A stretch of 64,000 bases of DNA. Source: Candidatus Brocadiia bacterium. GTDB lineage: Bacteria; Planctomycetota; Brocadiia; SM23-32. Shown here piece by piece: positions 9,631 to 19,059 of the stretch (the first letter of the stretch is position 1; each line of letters starts with the position of its first letter). The stretch is from assembly GCA_046538485.1 (NCBI GenBank), contig JBKHIT010000020.1, positions 1 through 64,000 on the forward strand, read 5' to 3'. Both the position numbers and the translations under genes were made by a program. Below the pieces are notes generated by a model. The model saw only the letters and a list, made by a program, of their open reading frames with translations. It was not told where the DNA came from and ran no database searches.

Positions 9631-12600
9631 ATGAAGAGAACGATTCTCCTGACCCTGTCGTTTCTTGTGCCGGCGACATTCTTTTTTGGCCCGGTCCAAA
9701 CCGTCGGCTTGCCTGGTGAAGAGCTGGACGACGGTCTGGGCGATGTCGCGGCGGAACTGGAAGAGGAACTCGGGGACAGTTGGTGGAACAAGAACTGGAA
9801 GTTCCGTCGCAAGGTCTGGATTGAAGACCCACGCACAAAGGTTATGGGCAAAAAAATCCGTCTGGCCCGGCCCGATCCTCTGCTTCTCTTTAACACGCGG
9901 CCCTGCGCCAGCCGGCTCGCGGACCTCCGGGCGCTTTCGCCACTCGGTAAACAAATAGAATGCGGGGTCGATAATTTCGGTCAGGACGACGGCACCTCGG
10001 CCATCTGGGTCAAACTGTCGGCGCACAAAAGAAAAAGCACACCGCTGATCTACCTCTACTACGCCAATTCGAAAATCAAGCCGCCCCCTGCGGAAACAGA
10101 TCCGCCCGAAAAGATTCCAGGCCGACCGGGCGACGTGAGACTCGGACCGGAAGAAACGGCCCCGGGATACACGCATCGCACTCCCAAAATGGGACGTTTT
10201 TACCGGAATCTCGTGGTGGTCGAGGCCGAACAGTGCCGCAGTTCTTACGGTAAACCCACATTCACCTACGGCGATCGGCCCCCGCAGATGCTGTGGCGAA
10301 TCGGCGATAGGGGAAAAATCCAGTTTCCAAATTATATCAGCGCCGGAGCCTACCTGGCCTCCACCTGTCCCTGGCGCCCTCATGAATTGAAAGAACCCAT
10401 CCGCGCCCGGACAACCACAGATCTCCCGGCGGGCGGGAAATGGCACGTGCATGTGCGCTACAAAACCTCGCGACCCAACCATCCGCACCGGCGGCGACGC
10501 CATCGTTTCGTGCCGTTTGAACTGCGATTAAATGACAAAAAATATCGCTGCGGAGTCAAACAAAAAGGCGGAGCCCGCTTCCGATGGGATAGCTTCGAAA
10601 CGGAACTCGAAGCCGGTAAAACGGAAATCGGATTCCGTCTGACCGGTATGTCGGGACCGGATTGCGTGCTTTTTACAAAAGATGAAGAATACCTGCCCGA
10701 TCGACGCGACGTAAACGGACCTGTCTGGATGCGGTTCAAGGTGCTGAGCGAAAAGACAAAACCGTTTTACATCAACGTCTTTTGCGTCATCCAGCCCTGG
10801 TCCACACATGGGCCCCAGGGCAAAAGCGCGGGGCTGGTTTTCCGTGATAGAGTCATTCCGGGTGGCCAAGGCGCACGACCCCGCGAGCGGGACCCCGAAA
10901 CGTTGCTTCAGCCCGGCGAGTGGAGCCCCTGGGTCCGGACTCTTCACTCAAGCATGCCGACCTGGTGGACGCACGTCTCGTTTCTTCCCGGCGATAAACC
11001 ACCTATCGGCCGCTACGGGCAGACGGACGTTGAAGTGACTTTTCAATTCGCATCGAGACCCCACCACGACAGGGTTTTCCGGCATGGGACCGAACGCACC
11101 GGCAAAAAACGCGGCACAAAGGGCCTGCACGTGCTGATGCCGCGTCGTCTCGACCTGAACTCGATGCTCGATAGAACCCTTACCTTTACCCAGTGGGCGC
11201 GCCAGCGCTACCAGAGGGCGCAGGAACTTATCGGGGGAAAAACTGAGGGGCCGGAGAAGATAATGGTCACGACAATGGCCACGGCCCAGAGCGCCGAAGC
11301 CACACGCTACGTGCTCAAGACGTGCAGCGCGCTCGGCTTCAACGGTATCGGGATAAGATGTCCTCTCGAACGGGAAGAGTTCGCACGAATCGCCGGCGAG
11401 CACGGTTACCGCTGGACACAGTCCCACCACTGGGCACCGAAAATGGACCTTGCCTCACTCCCACTGGAACCTCCCGAACAGCGCAGCTGCACCGAAGTGC
11501 TGCGTTCCGCCATCGAAGAGGCTGCCGCCAAAACGTATGTGCCGGAAGCAAGTCGCTGGCACGTCCCCGGTCTGCGTCCCCGCCTCATCATCATGGGCGA
11601 TGAAATTGGACCCGCCACCTCAGCAGCGTACATCAACCTGGTACCGTTGCTCAAAGGTGCGTTTCACGAATATCTCCGGCGACATAGTCTCACGCCCGAT
11701 TTCTTCGGCAAGAAAAACTGGGGCGAAGTTGAGGCGATCGGATATCAGGAGATAAGCCGGATTTCGCGAACGGGAGAAAACCTCCTGCGGATCCAGGCGG
11801 CTCTGCGCGAAGAGGCTGGCGAAAGCACAAAATATGAATTTAAGCTGCCCATTCCCGCCCGCGAAGAACCTCCGGAAGGCGTGGCTACGAAGGTCCAGGA
11901 AACAGAAGACCTGCCGGGCCTCGAGGAAGACGGAAATGACGAAGAGGAATCAGCGGCACCCGAAGAGCGTGTTAAACGCGCTTCACTGGAAGAAAAACGC
12001 CTCTACCACTGGACGCAACGTTTTCGATCCTTCTACACCTCCGTTTTCTACGGCATCGCCCACCGGGAAATCCAGCGGGTGGCTGAAGAGGAAATGGATC
12101 TGCCCTTCAAACCCCTGTGCAGCCCGAACTTCCAGGCCAGCCCCACGATGACGGGCCAGATGTGGGACGGCGCGCTGAATCTTTTCGAATGGGCCCGCAA
12201 CGACACGACAAATCTCCTCTTCCATGAGGATTGGATCAACGGACCGTACCGGGTGGCCTTCGGACAACGTCTGCTCCACGCGGCCGCACGTAAGGAAGGT
12301 CAGCTGAACGGCCACCTGATCGTCGCCGATCGCGGGTTCCCTCAACGGTTTATGATGGGTCTGGCCGGCGGATCACGCGTTTTCCTTTCGTATTTGTACG
12401 GTCCGCGACGCGTCATAGGCCCTCCCTGGGCGGAAGATGAACCCACAGTCCGCGCCTGGGGCCGACTCCTCTCGTGGACCGGCCGGCTGGAAGACCAGAT
12501 ATTGAGTGCCGGGATGCGCCCGGCCGATGCCGCATTGCTGGTCGCAAACACTTCCGAAATCAACACCCGTTATCTTCGGGCGTCCATCCGACCCGGTCGG

Positions 12601-13452
12601 CCACTCAGCGCACGGCATGACATGTTCGCCGCCCTGATGGATGCCCACGTGCCCGTGGAAATCGTGGGCGAGGAGGAAATTCTTGACGACGACGCTCTCA
12701 AACGCTACCGCGTGCTCTACGTCTCCGACCCACACGTTCGTCGTGAAGTCCAGCAGAAGATCGTTTCCTGGGTCAGGGACGGCGGGGTTCTCTGGGCTTC
12801 CCACGCGGGTCTCGCCCGTCGGGAGTACGACGTGCCTTCCAATCTGCTCGATCCCGTTTTTGGTCTTGCGGATCGAGGTGATATTGTCGAAATCAAAGAA
12901 GAACCATCCTGGAACGAGACAATTGATATCGGCGGCCATAAAGTGCTGGGCAAGTCCCAAATTAAGGCCCCGAATATCCATCCAAACTGGGAATTGGACG
13001 GCGCGGAAGTCTTCGGCCGTTTTCAAGATGGATCCCCCGCGTTCATACACAATCGTTTTGGCAAAGGGCATGCGTTCCTGTTCGGCAACGCCCCGCGGGC
13101 GTGCACCGACGCCTACGGCTACAAGGTCGAGGTGGATGAAGCCAGGACCGCCGGCAGGAAATTACTTTTGGTGGCCGCCCAGACCGCCGGTGTCCGTCCC
13201 CATCTGCAATTCCCGAAGTCTCACGTGCTCTGGTCGGTCCATGACGGGAGACGCCACACGGTGGCCTACCTGGCGAACTGCCGCGGTGAAAAGATCGAGG
13301 ATATGCCCTTTGAGGTATTCCTTCCGCGCGAACCAGCTTCAGCAGTGGAAGGCAGCGGCAAGAAACTCAGTTTCAAGTGGCTGGAGAATCGGGTCAAACT
13401 ACAGATAGATCTGCCGGAAGGCGATGGCAAGATAATCGTCCTTGAGTACTGA
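9631..13452 (+). CDS. large secreted protein: DUF2341-like N-terminus, putative GH TIM barrel, GH42-type trimerisation domain
   Basis: 1273 aa; signal peptide; WWNKNWKFRRK...IWVKL...IYLYY (DUF2341-like); LKRYRVLYV...WVRDGG...NRFGKGHA (trimerisation-domain pattern). Confidence 0.7.
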   Translation: MKRTILLTLSFLVPATFFFGPVQTVGLPGEELDDGLGDVAAELEEELGDSWWNKNWKFRRKVWIEDPRTKVMGKKIRLARPDPLLLFNTRPCASRLADLRALSPLGKQIECGVDNFGQDDGTSAIWVKLSAHKRKSTPLIYLYYANSKIKPPPAETDPPEKIPGRPGDVRLGPEETAPGYTHRTPKMGRFYRNLVVVEAEQCRSSYGKPTFTYGDRPPQMLWRIGDRGKIQFPNYISAGAYLASTCPWRPHELKEPIRARTTTDLPAGGKWHVHVRYKTSRPNHPHRRRRHRFVPFELRLNDKKYRCGVKQKGGARFRWDSFETELEAGKTEIGFRLTGMSGPDCVLFTKDEEYLPDRRDVNGPVWMRFKVLSEKTKPFYINVFCVIQPWSTHGPQGKSAGLVFRDRVIPGGQGARPRERDPETLLQPGEWSPWVRTLHSSMPTWWTHVSFLPGDKPPIGRYGQTDVEVTFQFASRPHHDRVFRHGTERTGKKRGTKGLHVLMPRRLDLNSMLDRTLTFTQWARQRYQRAQELIGGKTEGPEKIMVTTMATAQSAEATRYVLKTCSALGFNGIGIRCPLEREEFARIAGEHGYRWTQSHHWAPKMDLASLPLEPPEQRSCTEVLRSAIEEAAAKTYVPEASRWHVPGLRPRLIIMGDEIGPATSAAYINLVPLLKGAFHEYLRRHSLTPDFFGKKNWGEVEAIGYQEISRISRTGENLLRIQAALREEAGESTKYEFKLPIPAREEPPEGVATKVQETEDLPGLEEDGNDEEESAAPEERVKRASLEEKRLYHWTQRFRSFYTSVFYGIAHREIQRVAEEEMDLPFKPLCSPNFQASPTMTGQMWDGALNLFEWARNDTTNLLFHEDWINGPYRVAFGQRLLHAAARKEGQLNGHLIVADRGFPQRFMMGLAGGSRVFLSYLYGPRRVIGPPWAEDEPTVRAWGRLLSWTGRLEDQILSAGMRPADAALLVANTSEINTRYLRASIRPGRPLSARHDMFAALMDAHVPVEIVGEEEILDDDALKRYRVLYVSDPHVRREVQQKIVSWVRDGGVLWASHAGLARREYDVPSNLLDPVFGLADRGDIVEIKEEPSWNETIDIGGHKVLGKSQIKAPNIHPNWELDGAEVFGRFQDGSPAFIHNRFGKGHAFLFGNAPRACTDAYGYKVEVDEARTAGRKLLLVAAQTAGVRPHLQFPKSHVLWSVHDGRRHTVAYLANCRGEKIEDMPFEVFLPREPASAVEGSGKKLSFKWLENRVKLQIDLPEGDGKIIVLEY

Positions 13453-13586
13453 CCTGGCCAGAAGATGTCGTCTGCATCGCTTCAGGAACCGATTCTGCAA
13501 CCAAACATATCAGGTTTTTACCCCTATAAAGATAAAAAGACAAGGCAGGGATTTCGCCAGAAGAGAGACACCGTTGAGAAACTCAC

Positions 13587-13633
13587 GTAGCACAGGCTCC
13601 TCAGCCTTTGGACCGGGTCTCGGGAGACCCGGA
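13587..13633 (+). repeat. GTAG-type REP double hairpin (family A, degenerate copy)
   Basis: GTAGCACAGGCTCCTCAGCCTTTGGACCGGGTCTCGGGAGACCCGGA, similar to 14610-14654. Confidence 0.7.
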
Positions 13634-14173
13634 TCGTTCCAGCCTGACCCGCCGATCCCGCAAAATGGGACGGCGTGCTTAAGGTTCCAGACGATACAAG
13701 GGTGCGGTGGAAGCCCTCGAATCCGCCGGGTTTACCCCAGCGTGTGTAAGGATTCAGCCTACAAAAAGGTGGACTTGACCTCAGGAATCCGCCGCGGCTT
13801 GCCCCGGCGATTGTTAGGTTTTTGCGGGAATAACGAGCGTAGCGTAAAGGTCGCAGGCAAGATGCCCGCGGTACTATCACAGTGTGCTGTGCGCGGTCCC
13901 CGGGCTGCGAGGATATCCAGCGTGCGGAAGTTGAAGGAGAAACGTGAAATCTCCCCGCCGCGAGGGAGGGGCATCATGCGGGAGTATAGCAGCTGTTGTG
14001 TAGGTCGAAACATAACGACCCCCATCGCGAGGATGGGGTATTTTGTGCCCAAGTGTGTTCCTCGAACTCAGCTGAGTCCTTGGTCTGGCGGATCTTAGGG
14101 AACACGTTTGGGCCGCGTTCTGAACTCCAGCCCCGCGGGAGCGTTTCTGAAGTCCAGCCCGCTCAGGGGTCGG

Positions 14174-14342
14174 GGAGACTCGAGTTCAGCTGAGTGCGCC
14201 GCACGGCGCACGAAGCGGGACTTGAGGCAGGCCAATTTGGAAAATGGCTACTCGGACGAAACAGCCCGCGTTCTGAACTCCAGTCCCGCGGGAGCGGTTC
14301 TGAAGTCCAGTCCGCTCACGGGTCACAATCTTCTTCACCCAC
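14174..14342 (+). repeat. about 169-bp dispersed repeat (family B), near-identical to 58526-58693
   Basis: Shared GGAGACTCGAGTTCAGCTGAG...GGCCAATTTGGAAAATGGCTA...GTTCTGAACTCCAGTCCCGCGGGAGCGGTTCTGAAGTCCAGTCCGCTCACGGGTCACAATCTTCTTCACCCAC. Confidence 0.9.
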
Positions 14343-14609
14343 CGGGCCGAACACACAAAATCAAGTGGAACGGACCACTAACCGGGAAGAAATAAGTCCA
14401 TGAAGGTTTTAGTAATACCGGGTGGCACGGACAAAGCGGCTCATTCGTTTGAGCCGGTTTGTCCGTGAATCGGGTTGAGACTGTAATATATGTCCACCCG
14501 AAAACAAAACATATTTTCTTCCGGTCGCTTAGCCGGTGAATCTTTCTCACCCGCCGCACAAGACCGCGTGGGTAGGAAACCCAAAAGGGAGAACGGTTCA
14601 AAAACGTAC

Positions 14610-14654
14610 GTAGCACAGGCTCTCCAGCCTGTGGACCGGGTCGTCAGACCCGGA
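14610..14654 (+). repeat. GTAG-type REP double hairpin (family A)
   Basis: GTAGCACAGGCTCTCCAGCCTGTGGACCGGGTCGTCAGACCCGGA; exact reverse complement at 18863-18907. Confidence 0.85.
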
Positions 14655-14664
14655 TTGGTTTTCC

Positions 14665-14912
14665 TAACCCGGATATTTCAAGCGCCGCCAGTGCCGCAGA
14701 TGCAAGGAAGACAAGCGCCGGTGTGTTTTCACACTCCAACCGCAGGCCGACGCAGCAGATGTGGTGCTGGCGGCGCTCCCGCAGGGCGAATCCCATTTGT
14801 TCGCCCGAAAGGTACACACTGTAATAGGCTCTGTCCAGAAATAGCGCTTAAGTTGTTGCCAAAAATGCCGTTATAATAATTTTCGCCTTGGATTCATGAA
14901 CTATTCGGGCTA
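14665..14912. mobile_element. candidate MITE (about 250 bp)
   Basis: Imperfect terminal inverted repeats TAACCCGGATATTTCA / TGAACTATTCGGGCTA (13/16); no convincing coding interior. Confidence 0.35.
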
Positions 14913-14959
14913 ACTGTGTCACATGTCACCCAAGCCAAAATATAGCTTTCAAAACGACA

Positions 14960-15716
14960 TTACGGCTCAGACGCATAGTATTGCCCGGTTGTAGAAGCCA
15001 TATTATCGCCCCATCGGGTCTGCCGCCACTCGACGTGAGCATCCAACATGCCGTAGTTGCCCCCCTCAGGTTCCAGGTTCATAGCCACCCCGGTGATGAT
15101 TATTGACCGATACGTACCACGGATTGAATCCATAACGACTCGATCCCGCCGGCCGTAGGGCATCCCACCATACGATACGCTCGGCAATATTCTTCACGTC
15201 CGATAACCTTTGCACCGGCGAGTGGCCCACCTGAGAGGGACCGGGGCGGATCCTCGCTCCCCCCACGAGATAACCGTAACTGGTGAGAGACGCGTTATTA
15301 CTCCAGTATGACGTATTCCCCGTGCACACACAGTTCAGGTGAACGTATCCGGCACCATGAGCTCGCCAAAGAGAGTGCCGGGATACATCTCGTCCCGATG
15401 GGCACAGCCAGAGATCAACCGTCCCGAGATCATATTGCCGCGCCAGGTAACAACGCCTCTGATTATTGAAGCAATAACGACCATAATACCACTGCGGCGG
15501 GTTACCGTAGTAGCATGCGCCTGTCGGCAAAGCATCCCCGGAATCGCCTGCGTAATGATAACAGGCCAACAAAAACTGGCGTATGTTCGAGCGACAGACC
15601 GTCCGGCGTGCAGACTCACGTGCCCGCTCCAGAGCGGGCATCAGCATCGCCGCCAGAATCGCAATAATCGCGATAACGACGAGCAATTCGATAAGCGTGA
15701 ATGCTTTCTTCCACAT
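14960..15716 (-). pseudogene. DUF1559-like prepilin protein (copy 2), frameshifted near the 3' end
   Basis: [12 protein letters not shown]... frame stops at 15066 after [12 protein letters not shown]; the conserved tail GGNYGMLDAHVEW lies in another frame ending at 14960; 7-bp tandem duplication at 15067-15080. Confidence 0.85.
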
Positions 15717-15985
15717 TCAATCTTCCCCCCCGAAAAGGCCCCGCAGTCAAAAGGCGGGCGGGAATAGGTTCTCCGGCTATATAGTTTTTGCCCTACCCGT
15801 CCGCGCAGCGTGCAAATTTCAGCTGCTAACTTCCTGTACAACGTCCGGGCAAGGTAAGTTTCAGCATTTATATGCTCCGCTGATTCAAAAAAAGTTTACC
15901 ATTATTTTCCATGCAAGGCAATACCTTCGGCCAGAAGATCGCCGTTTACGGAGCGGCCCTTTCCTTAACCCAAGCACGTCTGGTT

Positions 15986-18328
15986 TCATTCTTTCTCGAG
16001 ACAAATCGCAACGGGTGCAAGGAGTCCGCCCGTGCCGAGCTCATTCAGTCCCGTGCGTTCACACCTGACGGCGAGTTCGTTCTTACCCGCGTTCAACGCA
16101 TCGCTGACGTCCCATGAGGCAGGCCGACAATAGCCGGAAAATAGCTCTTTTTCCTCGCCTTTTTTCGTGCGATAAGGCACGTGCTGGCCGTTCACAAAGA
16201 CTTTGGCGGTTCCATCCGTCGCACCGATCCACAGGTAAACTTTTTGGCCAGCCGGCGGTTTTTCCAGTTCGACCTCACCCCGATACCACATAACGCCCTG
16301 GTAATTGTGAAAGCCAAGCGAGGACCACGTCTGACGGCAGACGTCGGTCGTCTTCCACAATGAATCGTCGAAATTCGCCTTCTGCCAGCCCTCCTTTTCG
16401 CCGACCTTTTTCCGGTCAACGTGATACTTCCACTGGCGCAGGGGCGACTCAGTGAGCAGTTCATACTCGGCAGCAATGCGCGTGGCATCCCGGTAGGTCC
16501 GCTGGTAAAAGGAACCAAAATACCTCCCATACAGTGAATCTCCACGGGTCCAGCGCATCATGCCGAACGCACGTTGAGGCTTGTATTTTTTTGCCAGTTC
16601 CACCAGCCGTTCCCGGTAACGTTTCGCTTTCGGCGCAAGCTTCTCAAACCGCCCTTCCGCCAGATCATGGCGCATTTCCATGAACGACTCGAAGAGTCGA
16701 AGGCTATCATCCGCCATCTTTACGCGGAACTTCTCGGCTTTCGTCTCGCAGGCTGCCACCGCTGCATCCATCAGAGCCCGGGCCTTTTTCATTCGTTCCG
16801 GTGTGAACCTCCGCATGTGGCCGAACCCACACCCGGAGTATTCCGGCGTGTCGACCCAGATATGATCGATGTAATCCCAATAAGCGGACATTTGTTCGGC
16901 GGCATGGCCGTAGAAGTTTCGATTCAGTTCATCGACGATCTCGCGCGGCGTCTGTTCCGTATCCCAGGCGGTCCGTATCCCCATGTAGAGACCGTGCATT
17001 GTCGTCTCAAAATTGGCCGTGGTTTCCGGCTGCCAGAACCGGCACGCGCCTTCTTTGTAAATAATCGGAATGTTCTCTCCCCATTTGGTAATGAAAGGAT
17101 TGGGGGCGGCCGGAGCGGCCAGAAACCAACCGTAGAAATAGTATGCCGTCATGCGAGCCGCCTCGCCCCATCCCCAAACGATATGGCGAAGGTGTTTATT
17201 ATTGGGTTCCCCATCATCGGTCATGGGATGCGCCCTCGAATAGGTTATGGGCGCCACCTCGGGCACAATATTTGGATGAACTTGTTCCCGAACAGGCGGC
17301 CGGTTGTAGTTCACGTAAGCCAGCAGGCCAAACAGCACTTTGGGATGCTTCTCTGTCACCCGGCGTGCAATCTTGTTGCAGAACCAGATAAGCCTGTCGG
17401 TAATGCTGTTGGCCCCAAAGACCGGATCGTAGTCACCCGCGTCCAGCGCTTTATCCTCCGATGAGTTATCAAATCCCAGCCCATCTCCCGGAGAGAGTGA
17501 AATGGAACGTGTCTCTGGGTTTTCATCCAGGCGTTCGATGATGTTCTCGGCGATTCTTTCCGCCAGACCCGGCGCACTCCATTTAAGCCGACGGGGATTC
17601 TTCTTCCCATCGACCGTCGCTATCCATTCCGGGTGGTTCTCCTTCTCCTTTTTTGAAAGGTAACGCCGCTCCAGTGCATGCCCCGCATGCAACAACAAGC
17701 CCCCCAGCCTGTTGCGCCGGCCGTAATCCTCGGTGCAATACCAGATACCGCGATAAAGGGTCCGTGGCACTTTTGAATAATCCTTCTGGGTCAGGCGGAT
17801 TGTCTTTTTCTTTGGAATTACTTCCCCCATTTCGGTCGGCATGTACCACCTGCAACCCAGGTCGTCCAGCAGTTCGTATATTGCGTAACTCGTGCCGAGC
17901 CGCGATTCGCCCACAAGCCCGATGCCTTCTGGCAAGACAGTCACGCGGAATCCCTGTCCCAACCGCATATGCTTCCGCGGCGCTCCGAATCGCTCCCGGG
18001 CAAGTTTACCGATGAAGATTGGCAGACGGTTATCATCTTTGGTTGGCGGCCCCTCAACCACTTCCACTCTGGCGGACGACATTTTCTCCAGGTAATTTGC
18101 GAGATCGAGCACCGACGCCCTGAGACGTCGGCGAAAAGCCGCAGTATCCATTTTTTTCCAGTCGGGCCCCCGCGTCTTCCCGGGTTTTTTCATGACCTCT
18201 GGCGCAATGTGTATCGCACACAAAGCATTACCGTTCTCAATCAACGTCACCGATTTCTCACCGCCAGCAGCAGCGGAACCGGAAATCATCACAAACAGCA
18301 TGAAAAGAAATACGTGACGAGTTTTCAT
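15986..18328 (-). CDS. secreted DUF4838-domain protein with C-terminal galactose-binding-like domain
   Basis: 780 aa; signal peptide; GTSYAIYELL..LGCRWYMP, SLSPGDG, TDRLIWFCN, LAYVNY..PP; C-terminal GVMWYR...GATDGTAKVFVNG...N.LAVR. Confidence 0.8.
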   Translation of the reverse strand: MKTRHVFLFMLFVMISGSAAAGGEKSVTLIENGNALCAIHIAPEVMKKPGKTRGPDWKKMDTAAFRRRLRASVLDLANYLEKMSSARVEVVEGPPTKDDNRLPIFIGKLARERFGAPRKHMRLGQGFRVTVLPEGIGLVGESRLGTSYAIYELLDDLGCRWYMPTEMGEVIPKKKTIRLTQKDYSKVPRTLYRGIWYCTEDYGRRNRLGGLLLHAGHALERRYLSKKEKENHPEWIATVDGKKNPRRLKWSAPGLAERIAENIIERLDENPETRSISLSPGDGLGFDNSSEDKALDAGDYDPVFGANSITDRLIWFCNKIARRVTEKHPKVLFGLLAYVNYNRPPVREQVHPNIVPEVAPITYSRAHPMTDDGEPNNKHLRHIVWGWGEAARMTAYYFYGWFLAAPAAPNPFITKWGENIPIIYKEGACRFWQPETTANFETTMHGLYMGIRTAWDTEQTPREIVDELNRNFYGHAAEQMSAYWDYIDHIWVDTPEYSGCGFGHMRRFTPERMKKARALMDAAVAACETKAEKFRVKMADDSLRLFESFMEMRHDLAEGRFEKLAPKAKRYRERLVELAKKYKPQRAFGMMRWTRGDSLYGRYFGSFYQRTYRDATRIAAEYELLTESPLRQWKYHVDRKKVGEKEGWQKANFDDSLWKTTDVCRQTWSSLGFHNYQGVMWYRGEVELEKPPAGQKVYLWIGATDGTAKVFVNGQHVPYRTKKGEEKELFSGYCRPASWDVSDALNAGKNELAVRCERTGLNELGTGGLLAPVAICLEKE

Positions 18329-18862
18329 GTTACTGGAAAATGTTAGAGAAAACGCGAATCTGTCAAAAACAGCCTTATTAACGAAAAACTACCCCGCCTG
18401 CCGAAGGAATTCAAGTGCTGCAATGTTTTCGGAAACCGGACAAGCGGGTTGAAACTTTAAAAATGGTATGGACGTAAGAGGGTTTTCAAACATAAGATTG
18501 TCGTTGCTGGCCCCGTATCCTGTCGCCTGGCGGTCATTACTAAGCGGTTTCGTGTAAGTATCCCAATGTTTTGAGAGAGAAATTTATCGGTCCCGAAATT
18601 CATTATCGTGGGCTGAAGGCCCACCACAAAACGACGGAAGACAAACGGTAAAGCGGTGCCCCCCGTCGGGGATTCGATGGGCAGACGTGCCTGCCATTTT
18701 AAATATCATTGGCATTGGCATACCCCCTTCCAGGTAGTCCACCGCGACTCGCGGCCGCCGCACTCCATAGCCGGCTCGCGCCGGCGGGGTTCATGCACGA
18801 ACCGGTGCTGATACGATTGTCCGGCACGCAGCACATTCCGTTCCGCAGCAAACGATAACGGC

Positions 18863-18907
18863 TCCGGGTCTGACGACCCGGTCCACAGGCTGGAGAGCCT
18901 GTGCTAC
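18863..18907 (-). repeat. GTAG-type REP double hairpin (family A)
   Basis: Exact 45-bp reverse complement of 14610-14654. Confidence 0.85.
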
Positions 18908-19059
18908 ATGACAATGCAACATTCTCTCGCAGCTCGGGGGAATCCCCGCAACGCGGCATCTGCAGCCTGCAGGAAGTGGTTCCTTCGATTTGCCAGTAAA
19001 ATCGGCCATCGAACAATGACTATATCAACGCCGCCTGGGATATCTGTTTCTCCACAAAC

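Noticed and set aside
13681..13812. Possible cobalamin riboswitch (AAGGG TGCGGTG...AATCCGC...CCCC...TGTAA)
   Set aside because: Lacks AGGGAA and the correct spacing, lies downstream of convergent genes, and the GAATCCGCCG...CCCC.GCG part recurs at about 13785, so it fits a repeat better
14117..14320. CRISPR-like recurrence of GTTCTGAA(C/G)TCCAG units
   Set aside because: Units occur in close pairs with near-identical short linkers, not unique 30-40-nt spacers; no cas genes
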